Source: Allomuricauda sp.
GTDB taxonomy: Bacteria; Bacteroidota; Bacteroidia; Flavobacteriales; Flavobacteriaceae
DNA: 32,460 nt
Direction of reading: 5' to 3'
Assembly: GCA_020434915.1 (NCBI GenBank)
Contig: JAGQZL010000001.1
Location: 1-32,460 of the forward strand
Part shown: piece by piece, positions 8,932-17,346 of the stretch
How the letters are laid out: the number at the start of each line of letters is the position of its first letter
How positions within the stretch are numbered: the first letter of the stretch is position 1
Made by a program: the position numbers and the translations under genes
The notes under the pieces: model-generated
Told to the model about the DNA's origin: nothing
Database searches by the model: none
What the model saw: the letters and a program-made list of their open reading frames with translations, nothing else

Positions 8932-9474
8932 ATGAAAACAATACAACTTTTATTAATGTCCGTCCTATTTATGGGCCTTGCCCACGGACAGGAAAAATAT
9001 ATTACCAAGCAGGGCTATATCTCCTTCTTCTCCCATTCGCCTGTGGAGGACATAAAGGCAGACAACAACCAGGTACTGAGCATCATTGACACCTCCAGTG
9101 GACAAATTGCCGTGTCACTGCTGATTCAATCCTTCATTTTTGAAAAATCACTGATGCAGGAACACTTCAATGAAAACTATATGGAATCCCACAAATATCC
9201 CAAAGCTGTTTTCAAGGGTAAGATACAAGACCTAGGGGATTTGACAGCGGACAACAAAAAGGTGAGTATCACAGGTGAATTGACCATTCGTGGTATTACA
9301 AAACCCATTGAGACCACTGCAGAAATCAAAAAAATGGATGATAGCATTATCCTTAACGGGGATTTTTTGGTAGAAGTGAAGGATTACAACATCAAGATAC
9401 CTTCCATTGTGGCAAATAACATTGCCAAGACCATTAAAGTATCCTTTGAACTGGTTCACCAACCCTACAATTAA
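8932..9474 (+). CDS. YceI-family secreted protein
   Basis: Signal peptide; MQEHFNENYMESHKYPKAVFKG, GELTIRGITK and DYNIKIP motifs. Confidence 0.9.
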   Translation: MKTIQLLLMSVLFMGLAHGQEKYITKQGYISFFSHSPVEDIKADNNQVLSIIDTSSGQIAVSLLIQSFIFEKSLMQEHFNENYMESHKYPKAVFKGKIQDLGDLTADNKKVSITGELTIRGITKPIETTAEIKKMDDSIILNGDFLVEVKDYNIKIPSIVANNIAKTIKVSFELVHQPYN

Positions 9475-9480
9475 ATCAAA

Positions 9481-10389
9481 ATGAAAAAAACACTCATACT
9501 TTTAGCATTGCTGGGCTTATACGCAAATTCCCATGCCCAAGATCTATTGGGAATTTTGGAGGAGGAAGCCCCTGAAACAAAAAACTATGTTTCATCCACC
9601 TTTAAGGGGACCCGTATTTTGAATGGACATTCTGTGGAAAACCGAAAAAAGGGAACCTTGGAATTCATTATCTCACACCGTTTTGGAAGGATCAATCTAG
9701 GGGTCGATGAACTCTTCGGTCTGGACCAGTCCAACATTCGGTTTGCCTTTGAGCATGCCCTTACCGATAACTTTATGTTAGGAGTTGGAAGGAGCAGTTT
9801 TGAAAAAACCTATGATGGGTTTTTCAAATACAAACTCATTCGCCAGAGTACTGGAAAAAATGCTTTTCCTGCCACTGTTTCCCTATTTGGGAGTGCTGCG
9901 TACAAAACCATAAAGGACTATGACCCGAATGATAAACCAGATTTCAGCGACCGCCTGTACTACACTTCCCAACTATTGATCGGCAGCAAGCTGTCCCCTG
10001 GTGTTTCCATTCAGCTGAGCCCAACCTATATCCATAACAATACGGTTAGGACCTTTGATGACCCGCACGATATCTTTGCGCTTGGGTTCGGGAACAGGAT
10101 AAAACTCAGTAACAGGGTTACCCTCAACGCGGAATATTATTACACCTTCAACCCTTTGGAATCCCTGGACACCAAAAATTCCCTGGCATTTGGAGTGGAC
10201 ATTGAAACCGGAGGTCACGTTTTCCAACTGATTCTATCCAACTCCATCACCATGATAGAAAAAGGATTCATCACGGAAACCACAGGAGGATTCTTTGATG
10301 GCGACATCCACTTTGGCTTTAATATTTCCAGGGCCTTTCAAACAGGTGGCAAGAACAAGAACAAGAAAAAGTTGCCAAAGGACGATTAA
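9481..10389 (+). CDS. DUF5777-family outer-membrane beta-barrel protein
   Basis: Signal peptide then QDLL; LEFIISHRFG, GVDIETGGHVFQL and FGFNISRAF motifs. Confidence 0.85.
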   Translation: MKKTLILLALLGLYANSHAQDLLGILEEEAPETKNYVSSTFKGTRILNGHSVENRKKGTLEFIISHRFGRINLGVDELFGLDQSNIRFAFEHALTDNFMLGVGRSSFEKTYDGFFKYKLIRQSTGKNAFPATVSLFGSAAYKTIKDYDPNDKPDFSDRLYYTSQLLIGSKLSPGVSIQLSPTYIHNNTVRTFDDPHDIFALGFGNRIKLSNRVTLNAEYYYTFNPLESLDTKNSLAFGVDIETGGHVFQLILSNSITMIEKGFITETTGGFFDGDIHFGFNISRAFQTGGKNKNKKKLPKDD

Positions 10390-10399
10390 ACCCAACATA

Positions 10400-10819
10400 A
10401 TGTTCCATATAGATTACCGTGTTAAGGGAGAGGATGTCAATGACCACATGGCAATGGAAAGCCACTCCTATTTTTCCTATTCCACACGCCATGTCTACAA
10501 TTTTTTGTTTCAACTGGGGTATTCCAGACAAAGACTCAACAAATTGAGGATTATGCCTCTGGAGCAGAAAAGCCATTTTGAACTGATCAGACCCTTAATG
10601 TTTGGGAATCATTTCAACATCATGCTGAAAGTGAAGACCTATGACCCCTATATCGGTTCTTTTAAGCTGAAAAACAGCTTCTTCAATTCTAGCAACGAGC
10701 TTTGTGCCATCATTACCTCAGAAACCATATTGGACTGTCCAAAAGGCCATGAAGTTCTGACACATGTCACACAAAAAATCATCAACTACGGCCTTGATCC
10801 TATTGGAATGGCCTGCTGA
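10400..10819 (+). CDS. Hotdog-fold / thioesterase-like protein
   Basis: YRVKGEDVNDHM resembles the N-terminal thioesterase motif; size ~139 aa; start 10 bp after the barrel stop; degenerate. Confidence 0.5.
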   Translation: MFHIDYRVKGEDVNDHMAMESHSYFSYSTRHVYNFLFQLGYSRQRLNKLRIMPLEQKSHFELIRPLMFGNHFNIMLKVKTYDPYIGSFKLKNSFFNSSNELCAIITSETILDCPKGHEVLTHVTQKIINYGLDPIGMAC

Positions 10820-10835
10820 TGGGTGTACAAATGCA

Positions 10836-10870
10836 AAAAAGTCCGGCAATTGATAATTGCCGGACTTTTT
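10836..10870 (+). terminator. Intrinsic terminator (potentially bidirectional)
   Basis: Perfect 16-bp inverted repeat AAAAAGTCCGGCAATT-GAT-AATTGCCGGACTTTTT right after the operon. Confidence 0.9.
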
Positions 10871-11036
10871 AATTTTAAAATACCTTAAAAATAAGCTAAA
10901 AACCTAGTATCTAACTTTAGTTAAAACAGAACATTATTTTTAATAGTATCGGTTAATTTTTGCAAGGTTTGAGATAGCTATAGATACGAACAACACTTTG
11001 ACAATCACATATATCTTACTGATAAATAATGCCTTA

Positions 11037-11052
11037 TGTAACTTAAGTTACA
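11037..11052. promoter_or_regulatory. Perfect 16-bp palindrome, candidate transcription-factor site upstream of sqr
   Basis: TGTAACTTAAGTTACA. Confidence 0.6.
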
Positions 11053-11069
11053 CAGAAAAGCATCAAAAA

Positions 11070-11113
11070 CTGACAATTGTCATATTTGCCGATTCAACCT
11101 TTGACTACTTTTA
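11070..11113 (+). promoter_or_regulatory. Crp/Fnr-type palindrome plus -7-like box (sqr promoter)
   Basis: CTGACAATTGTCAT (11070-11083), 22 nt, TACTTTTA (11106-11113; Bacteroidota consensus TAnnTTTG). Confidence 0.65.
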
Positions 11114-11139
11114 CGGTAGTAAATCACAATCTAGATATC

Positions 11140-12387
11140 ATGAAAAATTTGGTCATATTGGGTGCAGGAACAGCTGGGACGATGATGGCAAACCATCTTG
11201 TTGGAAAGCTACCAAAAAACGAATGGAAAATAACCATAGTAGATCAGTATAAGACACACTACTATCAACCTGGATTCCTGTTTCTTCCCTTTGATATTTA
11301 CACCACTAAACAGGTAAAGAAAAATGGGGCCAAGTTCATCCCCAAGGATGTACGCTACATTCAGGAAAAAATTGAATTGATCGTACCTGAAGAGAACAAA
11401 GTGCAGTTGGAAAAAGGAGAAGAACTTCCATACGACATCCTGATTGTTGCCACAGGAACCAAGATAGCCCCTGAGGAAATCGAAGGCATGAAAGGACCTG
11501 AATGGCATAAAAGTGTCTTTGACTTCTATACCTATGAAGGTGCCAAGGCCCTACGTGATAAATTCCGTGAATGGGAAGGTGGTAAATTGGTGGTACACAT
11601 CACCGAAATGCCCATCAAATGTCCCGTGGCTCCTTTGGAGTTCGCATTCTTGGCCGATTCTTATTTCAAGAACAAAGGCATGCGGGACAAAGTGGACATC
11701 ACCTTTGTAACCCCATTGGGCGGTGCATTTACAAAACCAAAGGCCACACAGGCACTTCACCATTTGTTGACCGATAAGGGAATCAAAGAGGTGACCGATT
11801 TCAACATTGAGCGTGTGGATTATGAAAACAACAAGATTGTGGATTATGCAGAGACCGAAGTACCTTATGACATTTTGGTCACTGTGCCTACCAACATGGG
11901 AGATGCCTTGATCGAGCGCTCCGGAATGGGAGACGACCTCAACTATGTACCAACCAATAAAGCTACATTGCAAACAGAGGCCCACGAAAATATTTTTGCC
12001 ATTGGCGATGCCACCAACCTACCCGCTTCCAAAGCAGGTTCCGTGGCACACTTTGAAGCAGAAATCTTGACCGAAAACATCCTTAGGTATATTAAGGGAG
12101 AACCTTTAAAAGAAGAATTTGACGGACACGCCAACTGCTTCATTGAAACCGGTGACGGAAAGGCTTTGTTAATCGACTTCAACTATACACACGAGCCTGT
12201 TGAGGGAACATTCCCCTTCCCCGGTGTAGGTCCTTTGAACCTGTTGAAGGAAAGTAGGATGAACCATATGGGAAAACTGGCCTTTAGATGGATTTATTGG
12301 AACATGCTGATCAAAGGCATCCATATTCCCTTTGTATCGGCCACAATGACCGAAAAAGGAAAACATTTTGAAGAAACCGAAGCATAA
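11140..12387 (+). CDS. sqr: Sulfide:quinone oxidoreductase family flavoprotein (type III-like)
   Basis: GAGTAG FAD motif, HYYQPG, IKCPVAPLEF, IFAIGD, ANCFIETG (both redox Cys present); adjacent sulfur carriers. Confidence 0.82.
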   Translation: MKNLVILGAGTAGTMMANHLVGKLPKNEWKITIVDQYKTHYYQPGFLFLPFDIYTTKQVKKNGAKFIPKDVRYIQEKIELIVPEENKVQLEKGEELPYDILIVATGTKIAPEEIEGMKGPEWHKSVFDFYTYEGAKALRDKFREWEGGKLVVHITEMPIKCPVAPLEFAFLADSYFKNKGMRDKVDITFVTPLGGAFTKPKATQALHHLLTDKGIKEVTDFNIERVDYENNKIVDYAETEVPYDILVTVPTNMGDALIERSGMGDDLNYVPTNKATLQTEAHENIFAIGDATNLPASKAGSVAHFEAEILTENILRYIKGEPLKEEFDGHANCFIETGDGKALLIDFNYTHEPVEGTFPFPGVGPLNLLKESRMNHMGKLAFRWIYWNMLIKGIHIPFVSATMTEKGKHFEETEA

Positions 12388-12411
12388 TTTGTAAACCTAA
12401 ATACTAATAAA

Positions 12412-12720
12412 ATGGACAAGACAATAGGACAAGCAACAATTTCAGTGGATCAAGAGGGATATTTGACCGACTTCTCCCAATGGGACAAGGAAATTGGCAC
12501 AGAGATAGCAAAGGAACAAGGCATTGAAATGACCGATAAGCACTGGGAAATCATAGACTATATACAAGACAGATTCAAAGCTGAAGAACCTCTTTCAATC
12601 AGGGGAATCAAAAAAAGCGGCGTGATCGACATTAAACAGTTTTATGCATTGTTCCCAGGCGGACCTTTGAAAAAAGCAACAATGATCGCTGGTATTCCAA
12701 AACCAAAGAGCTGTATCTAA
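12412..12720 (+). CDS. tusE: TusE/DsrC-family sulfur relay protein
   Basis: DQEGYL, HWEII, LFPGGP and C-terminal AGIPKPKSCI with a single terminal Cys. Confidence 0.88.
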   Translation: MDKTIGQATISVDQEGYLTDFSQWDKEIGTEIAKEQGIEMTDKHWEIIDYIQDRFKAEEPLSIRGIKKSGVIDIKQFYALFPGGPLKKATMIAGIPKPKSCI

Positions 12721-12753
12721 AAAAGTGGTTTAAAACAATTAAAAGGTTAAGTC

Positions 12754-13230
12754 ATGAGTGAAACTAAAGTCAAAAAAATGCTCTTTATCCTCTCCAAGGC
12801 CACCTTGGAAAATGTCTATGCGGCATTTGTAATGGCCAACGGAGCCAGAATGGAAGGGATCGAGTCTGAAATATTCTTCACCTTCTTTGGATTGGAAGCC
12901 ATTCAAAAGAAAAAACTGGAACACCTCCATGTGGCCACTGTGGGTAACCCCGCAATGCACATGCCCACTATGTTGGGCGGACTGCCAGGTGTTGAAGCAC
13001 TGGCCTCCAAGATGATGAAGAAAGAAATGGAAAAACTGGACATGCCACCCGTAGGCGAATTTTTGGAAATCCTTTCTGATTCTGGATGCAAACTATGGGC
13101 TTGTAAATTGGCAGTGGACATGTTCCATTTGGAAAAAGAAGACCTTATTGACGAATTGGATGGTGTATTGACCATCGGTGATTTCTACAATAGGGCAGAT
13201 CAAGAAGGAACACACTTGCTGTTCATCTAA
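12754..13230 (+). CDS. DsrE/DsrF/DrsH-like (DsrE2-type) sulfurtransferase
   Basis: IFFTFFGL, KMMKKEM, GCKLWACKLAVDM and C-terminal LFI. Confidence 0.85.
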   Translation: MSETKVKKMLFILSKATLENVYAAFVMANGARMEGIESEIFFTFFGLEAIQKKKLEHLHVATVGNPAMHMPTMLGGLPGVEALASKMMKKEMEKLDMPPVGEFLEILSDSGCKLWACKLAVDMFHLEKEDLIDELDGVLTIGDFYNRADQEGTHLLFI

Positions 13231-13266
13231 AAAAGGATAAACGATACCTTTTTCATATTTAACGGG

Positions 13267-13327
13267 AACTGGCCAAAAAGTGTCACTTCTGCAAAAAAAC
13301 AGAACTCACTTTTTGGTCGGTTTTTTT
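13267..13327 (+). terminator. Long hairpin terminator between convergent dsrE and TPR genes
   Basis: AACTGGCCAAAAAGTG...CACTTTTTGGTCGGTT stem with inner TTCTG/CAGAA pair, followed by a T run. Confidence 0.7.
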
Positions 13328-13347
13328 ATGCTTAAGATTTACTTGCT

Positions 13348-15090
13348 TTAGGATAAACTTTGTCGTGCCAGATCAAAACCATCGTGGTTGATACCATCCC
13401 GTTCCAGAATTTCAAAATCCTTTAAAATAACCTCCCGATACGCTTTTCCCTCAACATTGGTTTTGTCCTTTAAATCCAAATATAGTGGCAAAGCCTTATC
13501 CAATTGCCCTTGCAGAAGATAACTATGGGCCAGATTGCACTGTAGGGACATAGGTGGATTTTGTAGCTTGGGAGCATTCAGTAGAATCTGTTCTGCTTTG
13601 TTGAACTCCTTCAATCTCAAATACAACCAACCTAAATTGGCATGGGCAATGGCCAGTTCGGCTTTTAATCGAGAATTGTCTGGGTAATTTTTGAATTTTT
13701 CAGTCAAGAGTTGAAGTATTTCTTCTTGAAAACCCATTTTTTCCTTTGGGTCGATGGTACTGTCTATTTCTTCATTCAGTTCCTTGATCTTTCCAAACAC
13801 CAGGTTCACTGCCAATGCTTCTTCATCTACCGTGTTGAAATATTCGGTGTAGTGTTCACAATCATTCTTCATGTTTTTGACCACAGGTCGATGGTCATCA
13901 TAGCGGCTTAACCGGACTTCAACATCATGCAACAATTCCAATGCTTTAGCTTTAAAATCAACATCCACCTTGGTTTCCAGTTCAGCTTGATAGAGTTCTA
14001 CCAGATTCAATGCCGTGGCACAAAAATCCGGGTCGAAATTTTCAGGTTGTTCCAAAGCCAATCGACGACGCAATTCCAGTGCTTGGCCAAAATAATCCAT
14101 CGCCAAATCAAGTTTTCGCAACTCAAAGTGGAAAAGTCCCAAGTTGTGGAGCCCCGTAGCCAAATAGTGGGTATATTCCCGGGGTCTTGTATCGGCCAAA
14201 CCATTATACAGTTCAACCACCTGTAGAATATAGGCAATGGCTTTTTCAAAATCCTTCGCTTCGGCATGTACAATACCCATGCTGTTCAATGTAGCTGCCA
14301 CATAAGGTTGGAAGACATCATACGATTGATTGGACAACTCTTTGTACACCTCAAAAGCCCTTCCATAATTTTCCAATGCTTTTTCCGGTTCCCCCATGGA
14401 GTTGAAGGTGACCCCCAGATTGTTCAGCACAGCTGCCAAATAAGGCTGAAAAGATTTCGCTCCTTGGTCGATGAGGCTTTCGAACAGGGACAATGCTTTT
14501 AGATACTGCATCTTGGCATCGAACTGATAGAATTCCTCGGTATAAATATTTCCCAGTTGATAATGCGCACTGGCCCTGAGTGGAAAATATGCATCATCGC
14601 CAAGTCTTTCATAAAGTTTGATAGCTTCCTTATAGTACTTTTTGGCAAAATAGAAATCGTGCTTCTTGTTGTACACTTCAGCAAGTGCAAACTGGGTGTT
14701 GGCCAAATGGGGAATCACTTCTGCTTCTCCACCTTCCATCATTTGTGTGAATAACGCCAAGGCGACTTTATAGCTTTCAATTGCCTTTTCAGCATCAAAA
14801 TCAGCATAAATGGCCGCTATATTGTTCAACAAAGATGCTTTTTCCACTTGGTCTTCCTCCCCTATCTTTTGATTGCACAATTCCAGTGCGGCTTCAAATG
14901 AATTGAGGGCACTTTTCGGGTTCCTTGTTTGTTGGTATAACCTACCCAACACACTGTACAAATGTATTTTCTGCTCGTCATTTGTGGCCAATTTCAGAGC
15001 TTCTTGGTAGTTGTCAATGGATTTTTCCAGTTCGTTTTCCTGTAAAAGCACATTGGCATTTTGTATCTGTTCTTCAAATGAAAGGCTCAT
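13348..15090 (-). CDS. Tetratricopeptide repeat protein (cytoplasmic)
   Basis: Repeated A..LNNLG..Y...A...Y..AL TPR units; no signal peptide; 12 bp downstream of the aat-like gene. Confidence 0.88.
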   Translation of the reverse strand: MSLSFEEQIQNANVLLQENELEKSIDNYQEALKLATNDEQKIHLYSVLGRLYQQTRNPKSALNSFEAALELCNQKIGEEDQVEKASLLNNIAAIYADFDAEKAIESYKVALALFTQMMEGGEAEVIPHLANTQFALAEVYNKKHDFYFAKKYYKEAIKLYERLGDDAYFPLRASAHYQLGNIYTEEFYQFDAKMQYLKALSLFESLIDQGAKSFQPYLAAVLNNLGVTFNSMGEPEKALENYGRAFEVYKELSNQSYDVFQPYVAATLNSMGIVHAEAKDFEKAIAYILQVVELYNGLADTRPREYTHYLATGLHNLGLFHFELRKLDLAMDYFGQALELRRRLALEQPENFDPDFCATALNLVELYQAELETKVDVDFKAKALELLHDVEVRLSRYDDHRPVVKNMKNDCEHYTEYFNTVDEEALAVNLVFGKIKELNEEIDSTIDPKEKMGFQEEILQLLTEKFKNYPDNSRLKAELAIAHANLGWLYLRLKEFNKAEQILLNAPKLQNPPMSLQCNLAHSYLLQGQLDKALPLYLDLKDKTNVEGKAYREVILKDFEILERDGINHDGFDLARQSLS

Positions 15091-15102
15091 CTCTATGTTC
15101 TT

Positions 15103-15789
15103 TTAAAATTCAGTGTAGGCATGATCGGCAAACCTATTGGCATTCTCCTTGCATAGGTCCATGTATTCCAATCTTGGCATTTCATCCTGTTCAAGATTGG
15201 TAAAAGAGAAGGTTTCTTTTTGCATATCGATTAAGATGAAATCCTGATGCTGTAGCCTATCAATCAAGAATAGGATAGCAAGTTCATCAGCATGTTCCTC
15301 CGTAGAGAATCCATATTCTCCAAAGAATAGTTTCCCAATGGCAACCCCGAACAATCCACCAACCAGTTTTCCCTTTTTCCAGACCTCAACCGTATGGGCG
15401 TACCCTTTTTTATGCAATTCCATGAACGTGCGCACCATACGTTCGGTGAGCCACCTATTGTCCATTTGTCCCTCAATGTTGTATTGGTTTTGGCAGGCAC
15501 GTAGCACTTCCTCAAAATTGGAATCCACCCGTACTTCAAAATCTTCTAGAAGGGTATCCAATCGGGGTTGGGGGATTTCATGGGTATCCAACTTTATCAC
15601 AATCCTGGGATCAGGCGACCACCATTTGATATGTTTCAAGGGATAGTGCCAATAATAAATGCCACTGTTATAGGCCAACAACAATCGCTCTGTGGACATG
15701 GTGCCCCCAACGGCCAACAGCCCGTCTATATCCGCAAAATAGGCAGGTGGAAAGGAGATTTCGTCATTTTTCAGCTCAAAATAGGGCAC
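15103..15789 (-). CDS. aat: Leucyl/phenylalanyl-tRNA--protein transferase homolog (divergent)
   Basis: DGLLAVGG, RLLLAY, WWSPDPR, GYAHTVEVW, LVGGLFGV and LIDMQ motifs; GTG start. Confidence 0.8.
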   Translation of the reverse strand: MPYFELKNDEISFPPAYFADIDGLLAVGGTMSTERLLLAYNSGIYYWHYPLKHIKWWSPDPRIVIKLDTHEIPQPRLDTLLEDFEVRVDSNFEEVLRACQNQYNIEGQMDNRWLTERMVRTFMELHKKGYAHTVEVWKKGKLVGGLFGVAIGKLFFGEYGFSTEEHADELAILFLIDRLQHQDFILIDMQKETFSFTNLEQDEMPRLEYMDLCKENANRFADHAYTEF

Positions 15790-15799
15790 GGAATAACAA

Positions 15800-16066
15800 T
15801 TACGGATTACTTTCGGGAGGATGTTCCAAATCGTCCAATTCCCCTAATTGCGAGAGCACCTCAAAAGTTTTCTTGGCTTCTTCCTCGTCCACAACACTGA
15901 TGGCCGCCCCCACATGGACCATAACGTAATCATCTACCTTCGCCTCTGGAACCAGGGCCAGACTTACTTCCTTTTTTACTCCACCGAATGAAACTTTGCC
16001 CATTCGGAAGGTTTCATCCAATTCCGAAGTGATTTCCAATAATTTTCCGGGTATTGCCAAACACAT
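15800..16066 (-). CDS. hypC: Hydrogenase maturation chaperone HypC
   Basis: MCLAIPG start, DYVMVHVGAAI. Confidence 0.96.
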   Translation of the reverse strand: MCLAIPGKLLEITSELDETFRMGKVSFGGVKKEVSLALVPEAKVDDYVMVHVGAAISVVDEEEAKKTFEVLSQLGELDDLEHPPESNP

Positions 16067-16076
16067 GGTACTGCTT

Positions 16077-16946
16077 TTAGTATTTTTCAGGAACCAGTTT
16101 TGCATTTTCCTTGAGCCAACCATACCATTGCTCCATTCCCGTACCCTTGGTTGCGGATACTTCAAAAAAGACGAGATCAGGGTTCACCCGAAGGGCATTT
16201 TCCTTTAGTTCCTCAATATTGGTGTCCAAGTAAGGGGCCAAATCTATTTTGTTGATGATGCAGATATCCGAAGTGTGGAACATATCGGGATACTTAATCG
16301 GCTTGTCGTCCCCTTCAGTAGTACTTACAATGACCACTCGTTTGTGTTCCCCTAAATTGAACATGGACGGACAAACCAGATTACCCACGTTTTCAATCAT
16401 CAGTACGGAGTCATTGGCAATGTTCAGCTTTTTGACCGCATCGTGGATCATATCACTTTCCAAATGGCACCCTTTTCCTGTATTGATTTGAATAACCGGC
16501 ACCTCTAAAGCGGCTATGCGATTAGCGTCATTGAGTGTTTGTTGGTCCCCTTCAATTACATAAAAGGGAATCTTGTCCTTGAGGTCTTTTAAGGTACGTT
16601 CCAAAAGGGACGTCTTTCCGGAACCGGGCGAGCTTACCAAATTGAGGGCAAATATGCCTTTGGCGTCAAAATACCCACGGTTCCTTGCCGCCATGATCTC
16701 ATTTTGTTGCAGAATATCACGCTCCACCTCCAATACTGTTTTGTTTTGATGATGGTCATGCCCATGATTATGATCATGATGATGGTGGTCATGCGGGTGG
16801 TGATGGTGATGGTGTCCATGATGATGGTCGTGGTCGTGAGAATGGCCATGGGAATGGTCATGGTGGTCATGGGTTTCCTTCCCAAGTGTTGGCGTCAATA
16901 TTTTGGGGCCATTTTCTTCGCTTCCGCATCCGCAAGTACCGCACAT
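16077..16946 (-). CDS. hypB: Hydrogenase nickel-insertion GTPase HypB, His-rich
   Basis: MCGTCGC N-terminal metal motif, poly-His tract, SSPGSGKT P-loop, GCHL, ENVGNLVCP, NKID. Confidence 0.97.
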   Translation of the reverse strand: MCGTCGCGSEENGPKILTPTLGKETHDHHDHSHGHSHDHDHHHGHHHHHHPHDHHHHDHNHGHDHHQNKTVLEVERDILQQNEIMAARNRGYFDAKGIFALNLVSSPGSGKTSLLERTLKDLKDKIPFYVIEGDQQTLNDANRIAALEVPVIQINTGKGCHLESDMIHDAVKKLNIANDSVLMIENVGNLVCPSMFNLGEHKRVVIVSTTEGDDKPIKYPDMFHTSDICIINKIDLAPYLDTNIEELKENALRVNPDLVFFEVSATKGTGMEQWYGWLKENAKLVPEKY

Positions 16947-16962
16947 AGTTTTAGATTTTAAA

Positions 16963-17304
16963 TTAGACGACTTCAAGGGCTTTGACCCTCAACTCTTTAC
17001 CTTGTATAATTCCCTTCAGATTACTGCCACAATTTGGACAGGAATCGTAATAATGTTCAATTTTAAAAATGGCGTCACAGTCTGCACATTTACCCAAACC
17101 TTCTTTTACATCAATTATACGCTCCGCATTTTCGAGTACCGTATCCTTTACCGCAGAGGGCCACACAAAATCCAAGGATTCAAATTCAACTCCTGCAAGT
17201 TTTCCAATCTCCAATTCAATCAAGGTAACACGCTCTGCTTTAGCCTTTTTGGTTTCGTCCTCGGCTATTTTCACAATTCCCATGGCTACGGACAACTCGT
17301 GCAT
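16963..17304 (-). CDS. hypA: Hydrogenase nickel metallochaperone HypA
   Basis: MHELS start, CADC and CPNC zinc motifs, GKEL. Confidence 0.97.
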   Translation of the reverse strand: MHELSVAMGIVKIAEDETKKAKAERVTLIELEIGKLAGVEFESLDFVWPSAVKDTVLENAERIIDVKEGLGKCADCDAIFKIEHYYDSCPNCGSNLKGIIQGKELRVKALEVV

Positions 17305-17346
17305 TTTATCTAAGTATTAAGTGCTGATTATAAGCAACATAAGACA

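Noticed and set aside
10814..10870. Cys-UGA at the end of the hotdog-fold gene followed by a hairpin (possible selenocysteine/SECIS)
   Set aside because: The hairpin is a perfect A/T-flanked terminator, the read-through peptide is short and featureless, and nothing supports Sec decoding
10871..11036. ncRNA or small ORF in the AT-rich gap before sqr
   Set aside because: No recognisable RNA family structure; the 84-aa ORF at 10998 overlaps the promoter and sqr out of frame
12412..13230. Dissimilatory sulfite reductase (Dsr) pathway
   Set aside because: The carrier lacks the second DsrC cysteine and no dsrAB/MKJOP genes are present in the window
16704..16961. Met/Val-rich ORF on the plus strand
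   Set aside because: Antisense shadow of the His codons of hypB
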